Source of the DNA: Isurus oxyrinchus
Lineage: Eukaryota
Length of the DNA stretch: 64,000 nucleotides
Reading direction: 5' to 3'
NCBI GenBank assembly: GCA_026770705.1
Contig: JANJGN010000021.1
Span: 90,148,001-90,212,000, forward strand
Shown here: positions 49,087 through 62,619 of the stretch, one piece after another
Numbering within the stretch: position 1 is the first letter of the stretch
Layout: each line of letters begins with the position of its first letter
The notes under the pieces: generated by a model
Databases searched by the model: none
Told to the model about the DNA's origin: nothing
Seen by the model: the letters and a program-made list of their open reading frames with translations, nothing else
Translations under genes and position numbers: made by a program

Positions 49087-52000
49087 GTAGGATTTGAAGA
49101 AAATTAACACATGAAAATATAGTCCATTCAAAGCAACATTGGATGGGTTATATTTGTGTCATGGGTAAGAACACAATGAAGGAATTTCTTTGATGCGCAC
49201 TGCCTTAAATAACATTGAATCTGATTTAATGAACTTGCAACCTTACAAATCATTATAGTGCGATGCGTATTCATGTCGCTGAAAAAGCTAGGAGAGTTGA
49301 ATGGAAAGAAAAATGAACTCAGCTAGGAAATAAATTGATTTCTTCACAGAAGCATAAAGCGGGCACTATCAAATAGTCTAGGTGCAAAACTAACAATGGC
49401 CTCCAAGGCAGCTGCCCACAAGCAACTAGCACTCTCAGCGACATGAAATGCCATATGAACGATTTCTGTTTAAATGTTTGCCGAAGCAAAATTTTCACCA
49501 GGTGTGCAGTGATAGTGATATCACTAAGTTACTAACGGCGGTCCCTCAGAACAAGGAAGGTGCTTGCGTTGGAGTTCGAGAGTAGAGAGATGGAGCATTA
49601 GAAAAAAAAAAGAGAGAAATAAAGACAGGCTGTAAGAGATAGGCTTGAAGTCAGTGTCGGGCAAAGGATTTGGAAGAGTGAAAGTAAAAGAGAGAAACAC
49701 TATTTAAAAAAAAATCCAGCATGCACATTCCACCTTGGCATTCAGTTAGTAGTCAGTCACTGATTTCAGCAACTAGGATAAACAAGCAATCAGACTGAAG
49801 TCTGCACACAGATTGCAACCCATGGAGTTAAACAGGCTGAAAATCAAATATTTGTAATTGCATTTTCATCCACCGAAATAACTGAAGATGCTTGGATTTA
49901 AATGGAATGCGAATTCACAAGGCAAGCAAACTTTGAAAGAATTTATACATTTTCTCAGTCAAGATGGAGACATTTCAAATCTTTGAAATGTAGAACTGTA
50001 TTGCAAGGCATCTATGGATGGTGAGAAGAAAATTTACAGGTGCATATTATCTCATTTACATCTGATTCAACATTTTTTCTTAGCGGAAAAAGTGGGGAAG
50101 TTATTTTCAATTCACTGATTGTTTACGGATTGCACTTTGGAAACATTTTAAAAGCAGGCTTCTGTTGGAGTTGGGCTCACTGACAGCAATTGCTGGAATT
50201 GGAATTATTCGGCCCATGTGCAGCCCCTGAAGATCTGCAAATTTTGGTGGAGTACTGTTGGCCATCATACCACATCAAAACCTGACCAACGGCTTTCTGT
50301 TATGTACCTGGTTCGATAATCACTTCAATTTACTTGAATGGAAATGAATATCAAACAAACGGATCCAGTAATGCTGTTCTGTAATATGGATAACAAAATC
50401 TAACCAACAATTTAAGTGAACGTTGGAACTGCGCAAATTCATTGATAATGGCCAATTGGCTGACAACTTAAAGAATGTGGACTTATTTACAACTCCCTCT
50501 GGATCGTGAGTAAATAACCCATAGTTTGTTCAAGGTTACTTTCAGAAATCATATCTTCAATGAATAGAAAGACGCATCGAGCATGAATAACTTTGAACAC
50601 TGCTAACTTTGGAATCTCTGCACGTTGTTTCATCACCCATGAAATTCTACATAGTCTTGGGGAGGGACAACTTTTCCTTTACAATTCCCGAAAGTAGCAT
50701 ATGGTAGTGAACTATTACACTGGAAACAAAGCTGTGATAATATAAAACGTTACTCATGGTTCCTGTTACTTTACCAAGAGATTAGCGAATTAGAATTCGG
50801 AACATTAATATAAAGTAAATGGTTCATTACGAATTTGTTTCTCTGGATTTGACACTATCTAACAATCACAGTAATCGCTAGATCTTCTCCTTTCATTACA
50901 TATGGTTGGGAAGATATCAATTTCTGTAATGGGCAATTATTCCACAATGCAGGACTAATTTAAATGGTTAACATTAGTGTAAGAGGAATAACTTTGCATC
51001 AACCACCCATTCCCTGTATGTAAAGTAAAATCTGAACAGATGTATAAAACGTCAGGTGAACTCAAATTGTCGCCCTAACCAGCAATTATAATGCAATTAT
51101 TGAAGCGAATTTAAGCCAAAGCACCTGTAAAGCCTAAGCGAAGTAAAAACAAGAGGAAATACTAGAAACATACAGCAGTATAGGCAACAACTGTGGAGAT
51201 AAGTATTAAAGGAAAAATTCAGTTCCATGTACTGTGAAATTTGCCACAATCCCATTTTGTTTATTGCAAAGGAGACTGGGAACATATTGCATTTTCTCAG
51301 CTGAAGCAAAAGCTACACTGGATGGAAAACATGGATGCTTCATATGAGCACATTTTTTTGCCTGCTGCTAAAAGTTAAATTTACCTCAGTGAACAAGGTA
51401 GTTTGAGTGCCAAAACATTTAACATTATGGGGAAAATCCTTGCGTGTATCTGTGGACTGGGATACCTAAGAGTGCATCCATTGCAGAATTAGCCACATTG
51501 AATTATGTCAAACGAGTAGAATATTAAGCAATTTTAGGATAGACGGCCAATTTGTTGTCAAGCATTTATTGGCCATTAATGCAAGCTAAGTTTACTCGTG
51601 GTCGCAGCATCTTTCTAGTTGCAAACAAGGAAACAGATTTTCAGCACCCTTGCCACCATCACCCCTTTCGCCCCTCCCCCTGCACCACCACCCAACCAAT
51701 AAACTACAAATATGGGTTTGCCATTTAATACAGGAGCCAATATACCCCCAACCAGGGCGGGACACCCAACAACGCCGCAACTCCGGCGTTCTTCCCCAAC
51801 ACACAAACGCACACACACACGCAGTCACCTAGCGAATTAACAAATGGCACCTTCTCAGAGCACTGACAGAGATAAAGCACCAGTTTGTCAGCCATCGCAT
51901 AACATCACAACAATGACACATTCAATCGAAACATGGACAGAAGAAGCAATCAACAAGACAACTGCATAAGGGCAATCTTGACATTGCATCGTGTAATTTC

Positions 52001-53099
52001 AAATCAGAGCCCTTTTGCTTCTTGCCCCATTTTTTTGCCATTGATGTCACAGGGCATGCTTTTAACTTTCTTTTGGATATGGATCACAGTGAATTTAGTG
52101 TCAGTTTTTGCTCAGTAAAAGAACATACCTAATTTCCTGGCAAATATTCTTTCAGCGAACTTGAAGGAAAGTTTGAAGGAAGCAAAAGTAGTTTCGAGGC
52201 AAAGTGACTTCTTGAAACATAAGGTGTAAATTTTGAAATTACCACCAAGTTGTAACTTTGCTATTGATACCCTGCTCCTTGTTATAAAGCAGCCATTTCT
52301 CAAGCTAGTCTAATCTAAGCTTTGACACTTTTACATAAGACTGGTAGGCTAAATTATACCTCAAATAACGGTCGTTCTGCACTTCGTAAGATGAAGTGTG
52401 TGAACGTAAGTTTATGTCAGGTTGCAATTGATAAGTTGAGTTCAGACGTTATTCACTGATTGGTAAAAATGGCCAGACAGCAATCGCAACAATGGGAGTT
52501 GCGGGTGATTAATGAAAATACAGCACTTCATCTAGTGGAAGGCCAGATGCATGTCCATTTAATCATCTTGTTTGATCAACAATAGCCTTATGGGAATCTG
52601 AAGTCTTTGGAAAACTCGGGACCTTTTCATAAAACAATCATTGAAACCATAGTGAACAATAGGTTTGTGTAAACATGTTTTTTAAACTTCATAATACTTT
52701 GTGGCCCCGAACTGTTGTTGTTGAGACTATGTTTGCCTTTATATATCTTGGAGTGACTGCTGCATTTTCATTTGCATCCCTTGCCTTCCAATAGATAAAG
52801 TGTATCAAAGTTATAAAGGTATAGTCTACTATGTTTTTTATTATTTCATTGTTCTATGGAATAATTAACAAAAAAGTAATAATAGTCAATTGTACAAAAT
52901 GCCCTAAGAAACTGCCTGACTTACTTGAATCTCAAGTTTATAATTGTTTTTAAAATATTATAATTTTCTAATTCCCAGTTTGCGTTTTTCATTATCCTTT
53001 TGTCTGGCATGATTTGTCATGTGGAAATTTGAAATTAAACCCCCTGGTGTTGGAAATGTGCAGCACCGGATGCAATATTTTTTTCATCCCATGCAATGC

Positions 53100-54050
53100 A
53101 ACTCTCCGTTGATTACAAATATTAGTAATATTGGCCATGATATTAAGCCGTGACTCCATTCTTTCTCATGCATTAATATTCCATAAGGCTGGCTTGCAAT
53201 TACCACCTTTGAATCAAGATGTGTGAAATTAACTGACTCTTTTGTGGATAGCAAAAACTTGACTATCACCTGACAATATGGTGTAATTGTATTCGGATCT
53301 ATAATTATTTGGGCAAACCATGAATGAAAAAAAGTCGTAAGCTTGGCCCTGCTGCTTCATGTTGTGAGGCCAGAAGAAAATAGCAAAACTTTTAGTCGAA
53401 AGGAAAGCCAAGAAATATGAAAAAGGCTTGTCATGTATTGAAGCTCAAACAGCCCCCTACCCTTAACCATTGTTTATAGTCAATTTATACAATTTGTCTC
53501 AATACAATTTCGTAAGTTGCAGATAGACTCTGCATGCAAAATGTATTACATCGCATTCTGTCTTGGCATACAGATGAATTCACATGATTCACCCCGAAAT
53601 GCCAATGTTCATTTCTTTTGAAGGACCTGCCATCGGGCATAGGGTGCAATATGCTGCAACAAGAACAGAACATTGTAGAATGTGGAAAGCTTTTACGTGG
53701 TCAGAATATTAGGCTCCCGTCACCGAGTAGCCAGGATCTTCGCCTGTGTTGCTGCAATGTTGATAATTGGTCTGTTAGAGCTAAACTATGGATTGAACGT
53801 GATCCCCAATAGGCTAAGTGTACTTACCCAAAATAATGCTAGGTTTTATAAAATTGGATGGAGGTTTCTGTGTTCTCTTTGCTTCATATGGTCATGATAT
53901 GGCACCTAGGCAATACAAACGAACCTTACAAATTGTCCTCGCAAGCCTAGATATATTCATGCTCTTTAGTTACCTCACAAGTAGACTTTATTTCCTAATG
54001 GGTCCTAATGTAGGTGGAAGTTGGAGAACAGTGTAAGACAATTCCTAATG
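53100..54050 (-). mobile_element. L2-like LINE RT fragment, degraded
   Basis: Minus-strand translation around 53560-53680 resembles the L2 'LF.IY..PL....HGV.FH.YADD' region. Confidence 0.45.
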
Positions 54051-54239
54051 TTGCAATGGAAATATATCTATTTGTAGCATCTAAGCACAATGGAGTTGAG
54101 CAACCATTCTGAAGAACTCAACGAATCAATGTCTTTGGTGTGATGTGTTGATGTGAAGCATATGACAATTCGTGCCAGAATTCGTAATGGCATTAATGAC
54201 TCCAAGTGTTGGTTGTTTGAGTTATTTGTGCCGTATGGT

Positions 54240-55170
54240 TCATGGATATTCAGACCAAAGTTAATGTTCTGTTGCTAATTGCCCTTGTAATGTTTGTGGT
54301 GAGAGGCTGTCTTCAATTACTGCAGTTTGCGTGATGTAAATGCAGCATAAGGGCATTTGGGGGACGTGACACGAGAATAGTAGAACAATGGCAATACTTT
54401 TCCAAGCTGAGATGATGTACGACTTGAGCAGGACATGAAGGTGCTGGTGCTCCTATCTATTCTGTGTCCGTTCTCTTCCAGCTAGATGACGTAGTACAAA
54501 TGGAATGTATTGGCTTGGATGCTTTGAAGTCATTCCACGGTGAATCTTGTAGACAGTACTTATTGTACCCACAGTACGACATTTTGAAATGAGTGAATAT
54601 TTAAAGTGATGGTAAGGGTTTCACCAAGTGGTTGGCTTTTTCAAGGGCATTTTGTCAAAATTCTTGATTGTTTTACGGAAATAAATTCACCAAGACAAGT
54701 GGGGGCATTGCACAAATTTTTAGACTCATCAGCTGTTAAATCTGTTCTGTTTCTTTCCCGCTTAACCCAGTGATAATGCCATACGCATTGATGGATACTG
54801 CCCTCAGGGTGAAGATGGGATTTCCTCTCCACATGGAGGGCACTGGTCCTTATTATCAAGTCTGACATACATTTGCAACAGGGGGATTGGTGAGGACTAT
54901 GTAAATTTGGCATTTATCAGGTCTTGGTTCCCTCACCATCTATCGCACTCTTCCAACTATGTCCATGGGATTCTGCCTTCTCTGTCACTCGTGGTGCTAC
55001 ACAGCTACACCTGATGACAATAATGCTGCACGCCCCTCATATATATACTCTGTAGCCTTACTAGTCTTAATGTTTCCATAAAGAGTTAGCAGCAAATTTT
55101 TCATTTTTCATTCTGTGCATTGCCTTCATTCTAGCTAGCACAACGACATTTAATTTCATTCTCTTTGGTA
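54240..55170 (-). mobile_element. LINE 3' fragment, same family as 4930-5830
   Basis: ctaattgcccttg..gtggtgag..tcttcaattactgcag tail pattern. Confidence 0.55.
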
Positions 55171-55899
55171 TCATCATCTAAAATTCATGTCCTTATGAAA
55201 AGAATAAGGAGACTTAGACTTGAGAGGCAAAGGCAAAAATGGAAGTCTTCCCGGCCGATTTGATGAGGAGACGTTAATTATTATATTAATTAATTATTAC
55301 ATTGGCGATGTGTCCTTCAATCTTAGTGGTTGGGAGAGCTCTCTTTGTTAAACAATTGGATGGAATTGGAATTGCTTTGTTGAGGAATTATTATTTCTCC
55401 ATCGTACCACCACTGTATATTAAATGGATGGCTCCTTTGAGAATGATCATAGCTACAATTATGCACGTTGTTAGAAGAAGTATTGTTGCCTTGAGAAAGT
55501 AAAATGCTACCTACACGTATACATTTCTCTGAGTGATTTCTCTCATTAATGACATTTCTTTGTTCAACATGAAACTCCTGTTGACTTATGTAAAATGCAT
55601 TTCATTTCTGATTATTTAATGCAGAATTCAAAAAACTGCTTCAAGACACCAGTAAGCAATCAACAGTATTTGGAAATTATTTCCATAGAATTATATAACC
55701 TGTGGTTTGGAAATGACGAATTATTGGCACTGGAAAAGCGTTTTCATTTAAGAAATTTTGTGTGTGCTTTTCAATAATCCGAGCACGAATTCGTTATTTG
55801 ATTGAAGTCATCCAATCCTGACTTTCCATGACATATAATCTGCAAATAATTATCACCCGGTGCATTGAAATGTGCTGAGTATATTTCAGGAACATGATT

Positions 55900-57340
55900 A
55901 AAAAAATGAGCAGTAGAGCCGCACATGGCACTTAACATCTCCTTCTGCATTAAGTGCAATCGTGATTTATCTTCTACCTTAATTCCACTTTAATCCCAGT
56001 ATCCACTGATTCCCTGAGATATTGAAACATGTTCCTTAACGTTGAATATATTCAACGATCGACCATGAAAAGCCACCTGGGTAGGAAAATTCCAATGATG
56101 GAAAACGCTCCAAGCGAAAAAAAATCCTCATCTCAGCCTCTCAAGGCCCATAATAATTTTTAATGTTTCAGTGAGGGTATTTTCCATTCTTCTGAAATAC
56201 AGAGAGAGGTAAGACACAATCTGGTCAGCCGCTTAACATAGGATAAGTCCTTAATGCCTGGGGCCAATCTAGTGAACCTTGTCTGTACGAACTCCATGAC
56301 AAGTATATTTTCCTTTGCGATGGAAAAAAGACTGCAGTATTTCACGTGTGGACTCACAAAAGCCTTATTCAATTTGGCGTTCTTGTATTAAAGTACAACT
56401 TCAATGAAAGCAGGCATTCAGTTTGCCTTCCCGAATGCTTGCTTTCATGAATGATAATTTTCTGTGTGCCTTGTACAAGTGCAGCCAAGTCTTTACAAAA
56501 ATCAAAATTTGCAAGTTTTACGCTGCAACAAATCATTAAGCTTTTCTACTCATGTGCCTAACCTCACTCTTCCACTTATATGCCACGTCTTATTCATTCA
56601 ACTACCCAGCCCCGATCTCTTTGCAGTGTCTTTGCATGCTCCTCGAAGAGGTCATTCATCACAGGTTTTTACCTTGAGCAACCTGCAATGTATTACCCTC
56701 GAAACATTTATTCAAGTTATGAATACCGTTTGGGAGTAGCTGAGGCCCCGGGCAAATTCAAAATGTCCCATTTCTCCATAATGTCTGCTTTCTAATTTAT
56801 TGCCCTCACTTACATGATCCGTCATCATGCATTTCACCCTTGTATGCTGTACATTAAGGAATGCCATTTTTGGAAATCAACGTACTCCGTCTCTACTTTC
56901 ACCTGTAATACTAAGCACGTTATCTCAGAGCAAAAATGTAAGCAATTCGCAAATCATTAATTATCTTCTGTAAAACCATGTCGACTCTGTACAGTCATAC
57001 TTTGACTACCTAAGTGCATTGTTAGCACTTACTGAAAAGATTCCAGCACTTTCCTGACGAATTAAGTCAGACCTAGTAATCTATAGTTTCCTTTTATCTC
57101 CCGTCCTCGTTTCTTGAATAGCTGCACTATATTTGCTAACTTCCAAACCAATGGGGCCGTTCGAGAATAGAGGGCGTTTTCGGGGAAAAAATTTGTACAC
57201 TGTAACATTGTTTTAGAAACCTAGGAGGATGAGCACCAGGTTCGCGCAATATGGAAGATTTTAGCTGCCTAAGTTTCTCTACTAGCGTTTATCAGATCAT
57301 ATTAGTTATTAAGTTTTTCATTTTTATGAGCCTGTTTAGT
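55900..57340 (-). mobile_element. CR1 LINE 3' part
   Basis: ORF 56160-56372 KAFVSPHVKYC..VQTRFTRLAPG..SYVKRL. Confidence 0.85.
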
Positions 57341-57758
57341 TTACCCATGCTCATGATGATGCCATCAGAAGGTGTTATGTATTTTGAAAGCTGAGAAGCC
57401 ACATTGGTGTGAGTTCTTTTTGCGGAAGTATCAGAAGTGATGTGTCAGCATAGGTATCGCTTCTTCGTCGATGTATCGTTGGCATAACTATCATCATATA
57501 ATATTTACTTTCCAAAGGCTAGAATTAGAAAATAATTGAGCACTGGGCGGGGCCAGCTTATTAAACAGTATGGGATGAAACTTGACTTTGCCCGAGCTGT
57601 GAAGCAGATTGTGATACAGTGGCATGTCATTAACTGCCCCACATGATATGAAGTTCCTTTGATTCCTTTCTTTACTGCAGCGCTTTGCTCAGCCTATTAA
57701 ATATTGGATCACTTAGTACAAATTAAAATCAATAAATATCTCTTCTTTTCTGTAACAG

Positions 57759-57823
57759 GCATTATCAGTAGTACTGATGATTGTGTGTGCCTGACCGAGG
57801 CCAATGTTACTCATTCATCATGA
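57759..57823 (+). CDS. Candidate terminal exon: phase 0 ALSVVLMIVCA* (ends 57794) or phase 1 (G)IISSTDDCVCLTEANVTHSS* (ends 57823)
   Basis: Acceptor tctcttcttttctgtaacag in non-repeat sequence between TEs; no canonical polyA signal seen nearby. Confidence 0.35.
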
Positions 57824-58339
57824 AGAGTGCTTCATGATTCCAAAATGCTGGCACTAAATTCTACATTTGAAGCATTATTTTCTATTGGTGTTACACACTA
57901 TCTTGAAGATTGGAAACATGCAAATATTTAAGAGATTTTAGTGAGAATGCATGCTTGCAGCGATCATGTATATCCAAGCTACTAATATAGAGTTAATCTA
58001 TTCAAGAACACTTGCTGCATTCTGCCTTCATTTTGCTAACGAAAACAATGCCCCACAAGCAGCCCCAGCCACTCCACCCCCGCCAAAACGTTCGTCAATC
58101 AACATCCTCTTACATCACAATCGTATCTAATATACATCCGAACTCAAATCAAGCTTTCATCATAGTCATCATGTCCATCATAATTCGTTCATTTTCCTCT
58201 GACAAACTGTTAAAAAAGCAAACTCTATTCCAGGATCCTATTCTCGTTGGTATGGTATTGCAATTTACCATAGAATGGAGGAAGTCAGGGAAGTGAGACC
58301 AGGTGAATGTTTCTTGCAGAAAGCCAGCACTGACAAGAG

Positions 58340-59075
58340 AAGCCAACTGGCTCCAGCTGTACTCTAACCATTCTGTGGTGCCACAATTTTATGTTGTTAC
58401 TATCCACTCCACTTTCAAAATACCCATCAAGCTTCCTTCAGCCCTGAATCCTCATGAATTACCCATCTGTCCCAGAAAACTGAATATTTCCAACCACACT
58501 TCCGCTTCAAAGTTGCACATATCTTGTTGCTTCCAAAGTCATTAAATTGTAGAATGCCTTCAGAACAGAAATTTACCATTCGCCTCTGAGCATCAATGTA
58601 TCCTGCCTTCACCACACTCTGAGGCAAGGAATTCCTGATCATAACCACGTGCTGTGTAAGAAGAAGTTGCTACTCATGTTATCATTGCTTCTTTTCCCCA
58701 ATTAACTTAACATTGGGGTCCTCTACTTTTCCATTCTTCCACCGATGGGATGTTTCTCTTTATCTACCCTGCGTAGACCCCTAGGTCGTGAATACCTGTA
58801 TGATCTGTCATGTGAACCTTCTCTCCTCCCTGGAGATCAGCCCCAACTTCTTCTACATAATAGATTTTACTTATCCATTCTTGGGCCATTCTTGTGAAAC
58901 TTTTCTGCACCTCCTCTAATGCCTTCACATCCATCCAAAAGGGTAATGCCAATACCTCGACACCAAACCATCATTTTAGATACGTGTAACACAACTTTCT
59001 TGCTTTTCCACTCTAATGTTTGATCTCCTTCATTATCGATGATGTGCTTTTCTTGTGGCCATAGGGTCATCTTTT
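58340..59075 (-). mobile_element. CR1 LINE 3' fragment
   Basis: DVKALEEVQKSFTRM; RNSLPQSVVKAG. Confidence 0.8.
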
Positions 59076-62000
59076 GTACATTCTGCTGTGGCTTTGGAGC
59101 ACCATTGTAGACATGGATGACCTTCCAAAGTGCCTGTAGGGGTGAATTGTCTGTTCTATTCCGGCTGCAGTTGTTTTACACGCATTTTGCACTTTGCTGC
59201 CTGTATTCCGTGTTGTTCGAAGGAAACAGAGGGTCTGGTTGAGAATGCTCCCCAGTTAGCTGTTTCTTCGAAATTATTTTCCCAGTTTTTGGTGGACATG
59301 CTACATTTCGAGAGGGTCACCTTCAAGGCGTCCTTGAAACTTAGTAATGGCCTACCTCGCATGCAGTGTCCATGTTATGTTGTGAATATGTGATAGTTCC
59401 AGAGATTTGATAGGTAATTATATGCATTTCCACTCTATCTGAGCAGGGCACTGATGATGAATGATTTAATTCCAGACACATTTGCTCTTTGAAGTTCTTC
59501 AGTGTTAAACACTTTATGTTCCCACTTGCTGCCCCTGTTGTTCAGAATGCATCTCATATGACAGCTATTCAATGGCCTAACATTTCTGCAATAAGTAATC
59601 CATGTTTCACAGGCAAACAAGAGGGTAGGTATTATCACGGTTTTTTACATAGCAAGCTTTGTTGTAAGCTTGAAATCTCCTTCACTCCACAGCCGCTTTT
59701 GGAAACGGCCAAATGCCATTGCAATTGCTCTGGCAAATCAATCTTGCTGCCACTGCCAATACTTGCAGAGCTTGTGTCTCCAAGATAGCTGATGTTGTCT
59801 CCAGCCTTAAGGTTTGTGCCATTTTTAACTACAATTGGTGAGGTATAGTAATACTTTGGTGGTGGTAGATGGGATAACTATGTCTTTCTTGAATTGATTG
59901 CTAGCCCATATCCATTAGCCGCTTTTGAAAATCAGTCCATGATTATTTGAAGGCCGTTCTCACAGTGTAACAAGAGGGTACAGTTATCAATTACTATATA
60001 CTTATCTGGGTTATGTTATTTGAGGATTTTAGTCACCTCAGGCTGAAGCAATTGCCAACTATATTGAAGTGGGTGTATATTTTATCAATACTTCCATTTA
60101 AACATGCAGAATGCTTTGGGGAAAATGATATACTGAAGAGCATAGGGGTATTTGCTCAGCCCTGTTTCGAGCTACTCTTTACATCAAAGGGCTCAGCATA
60201 TTTACCATAGTTGGCAGCAGTGGAACTGTTATATGAAACATCCAACTGTATCAAGACATCCAAGTTTGTCTACGACTTTTCACAAGGTCACTCTACTTAC
60301 TGTGTCAAAAACTTTCGCCAGGTCACCCGAGATAAAGCAGAGTTCAATGTGTTCATGGCATTTCATTTGTATTTGCGAAAGTGTGAAGACCATTGTGCAT
60401 GTGGGTCTGACATTCCTGAACCCACTTTAACTACCTAGTAATATACGTTCTGTCATGTGGCTTACCAGTCTTTGGAGTAGAAATTTTGCTAGAATATTAC
60501 GAACCTTGCCAACTGCCACAAGCAGCGATATTCCTCGGTGTTTGACAGAAGCAGGTTTCTGGCATTTTGCTTGGTAGAAGTGAAAAATATTGGCATCGTT
60601 GAACTCCTGAGGAATGGTTTATGGATACCATATGTTGTTATATAATTGTGTGGATTTGATGAATGGCTGCTGTTATCTAGATTTGATTTTGTTTCCAGGG
60701 ATCCCGCCTGAGCCTCGAGTTTTCCTTAAGTCTAGGGATCTGATTTCTTTTTCAACATACACATCAGCAGGCTTGCTGTTCAGGTTATCATATTTGTGTC
60801 CATTTGGAATTTTCTCTGTAATTACCTATATACTTGGGACGGACGGCCCTAAGTTGTTCAGGTCAGGGCTCTTTTTAAACAGCTGTCCGTCAGAACAGGC
60901 TCCTCATCAGTGCTGAGAACTGATAAGTTACCGCGTGAGGGACAATCATACACAATCTTCAGCACTTTATATAAATTAATCATGTCTTGCTGATCAGCAT
61001 ATGCTTGAAGCCCTCTGCTATGATTAGCCAACTATGCCTTATACATCCTAGGCAGTTCCTGCTGCCGGTTGCCTTTGTTCTCGTGGTTTGGGTTCTTGCA
61101 GCGGGTCTCTTTCCTTCCCATTGCATATGCGTCATTTTCTTAATTTGATCTGTGAACCAATCGTGATTTTTTTTCCTGTTTTTGCGTTCCTGTAATATCA
61201 TGAGCAGTCCCAGAACAGTTGACTCGAAGGGTGACTGTGCCTTTTCAACAAGTTCACCAGGGTTTTCTTTAAAACAAAGCTGTTCTGCAAATCTTAGCCA
61301 GAATTGATTGCAATGCTCTGCATACCTAGCTTCTTAGGGGGAGGGGGGGGGGGGGGGGTGGGTGGGCTGTGCGGGGGTGGTGAATGTTGCTTTGCTTTTC
61401 AGTGAGTTGATAAATTTCCTCTCTACACATAGCATCATCCTATCTGTAGAGCACTCCGCTACCACAATTTTCATGGCGATGATCACATACTGCATGCCGC
61501 TCTAAGGGGATGATAAAGTCTTTCTGATGCCAGTTTTTACATGTTGCGTGTAATCAAGCATTTTTGTACATTTGCTTTCTGCCTAAATATGGTGCTGCAT
61601 ATTCAATCGGCTGCAGACTTAGACATGCAATTTCCGATGCGTTTCCCGAGACCTTTATGCCTCAGGGCACGATTGCAAGACAGCTCTTACTCCAGAATTG
61701 CACTCCTACATCGCAATAATATTTTCCACCTGTGAGCAATGTGCAATAACTCTGTCCAGGCCTGCAGAGTGTTTGGACTAGGTATCCTCCGGATTCATCG
61801 TTTCTGAAGCATAATCACTGACGATTTTCACACATTTGCTTTCCACAGAGAATTTGAAGGAGCCCAAAGGAAAGATGATCCATACTTGTTGCTACTTCAG
61901 GCTTTGTAGCAATGCCGACACCTTCTTGTCTCTCATCTTTGGCTTGCCTTTCCGGAAATATGTATAGCATAGTGAGAGCTCTCTTCGCTGGCTCTCCTCG

Positions 62001-62090
62001 GCTCAGCAGGTTCCAAATAAATCAGTAATATCAATATATTGCAATTATCCGTGTAATCCAGAGCAGTCAGGCGCTTAGTTCGACAGCTTT
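59075..62090 (-). mobile_element. RTE-clade (BovB-like) LINE, degraded, near full ORF length
   Basis: IIPTLLFACETW..HMRCI..KWEHKVFNTEELQRA; RGRPLLSFKDALK..WE; 'KNHDWF' tether motif near 61155. Confidence 0.85.
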
Positions 62091-62619
62091 TGACTAATTT
62101 AAGTTGAGATAGTACATTCCAAGGAGCAGAATTGAGTCCATTTGTCTTCTTATACTTCTTTTGGACCCAATATATTTAGGTTTTGCGAAGGCTAAACTTT
62201 GCATTTCTGAATATAACAGGATATGTGTAAAGGCGTTGGTAAGATGAAAAAAACATGCTAAGGATTTGATTAGAGTGATAATGGTTTTTTGATTTACCAC
62301 ACCCACTCTCGCGGTCTTAAACACCTTTCTCTTTGCCTTGACAAGTCAAGAAGACTGGTGGTGCAGTCGACTGGAAAGTGCCCGCGACTGGAATTGAAAA
62401 AAGATGGTAGAATATGGCGTTTTCTTACATATGTGGACTTCATCTCTCTTTCTGTGTTTAATGGGTTTGCGAACCAGTAAAGTTACCGGGGCTAGGCCGC
62501 ATTCATGCATAAGCAACTACATCTGATCACAGGTTACAGCTTGGTGAGTGTCGAGGATCAGGAGCAGTAATCCATCCAGCTATGAATTAGACTGTGGCTG
62601 ATCCTTCCCCCACCTACCC

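Noticed and set aside
48140-52700. Possible solo LTRs or unknown repeats
   Set aside because: No second copy or diagnostic motif within the window
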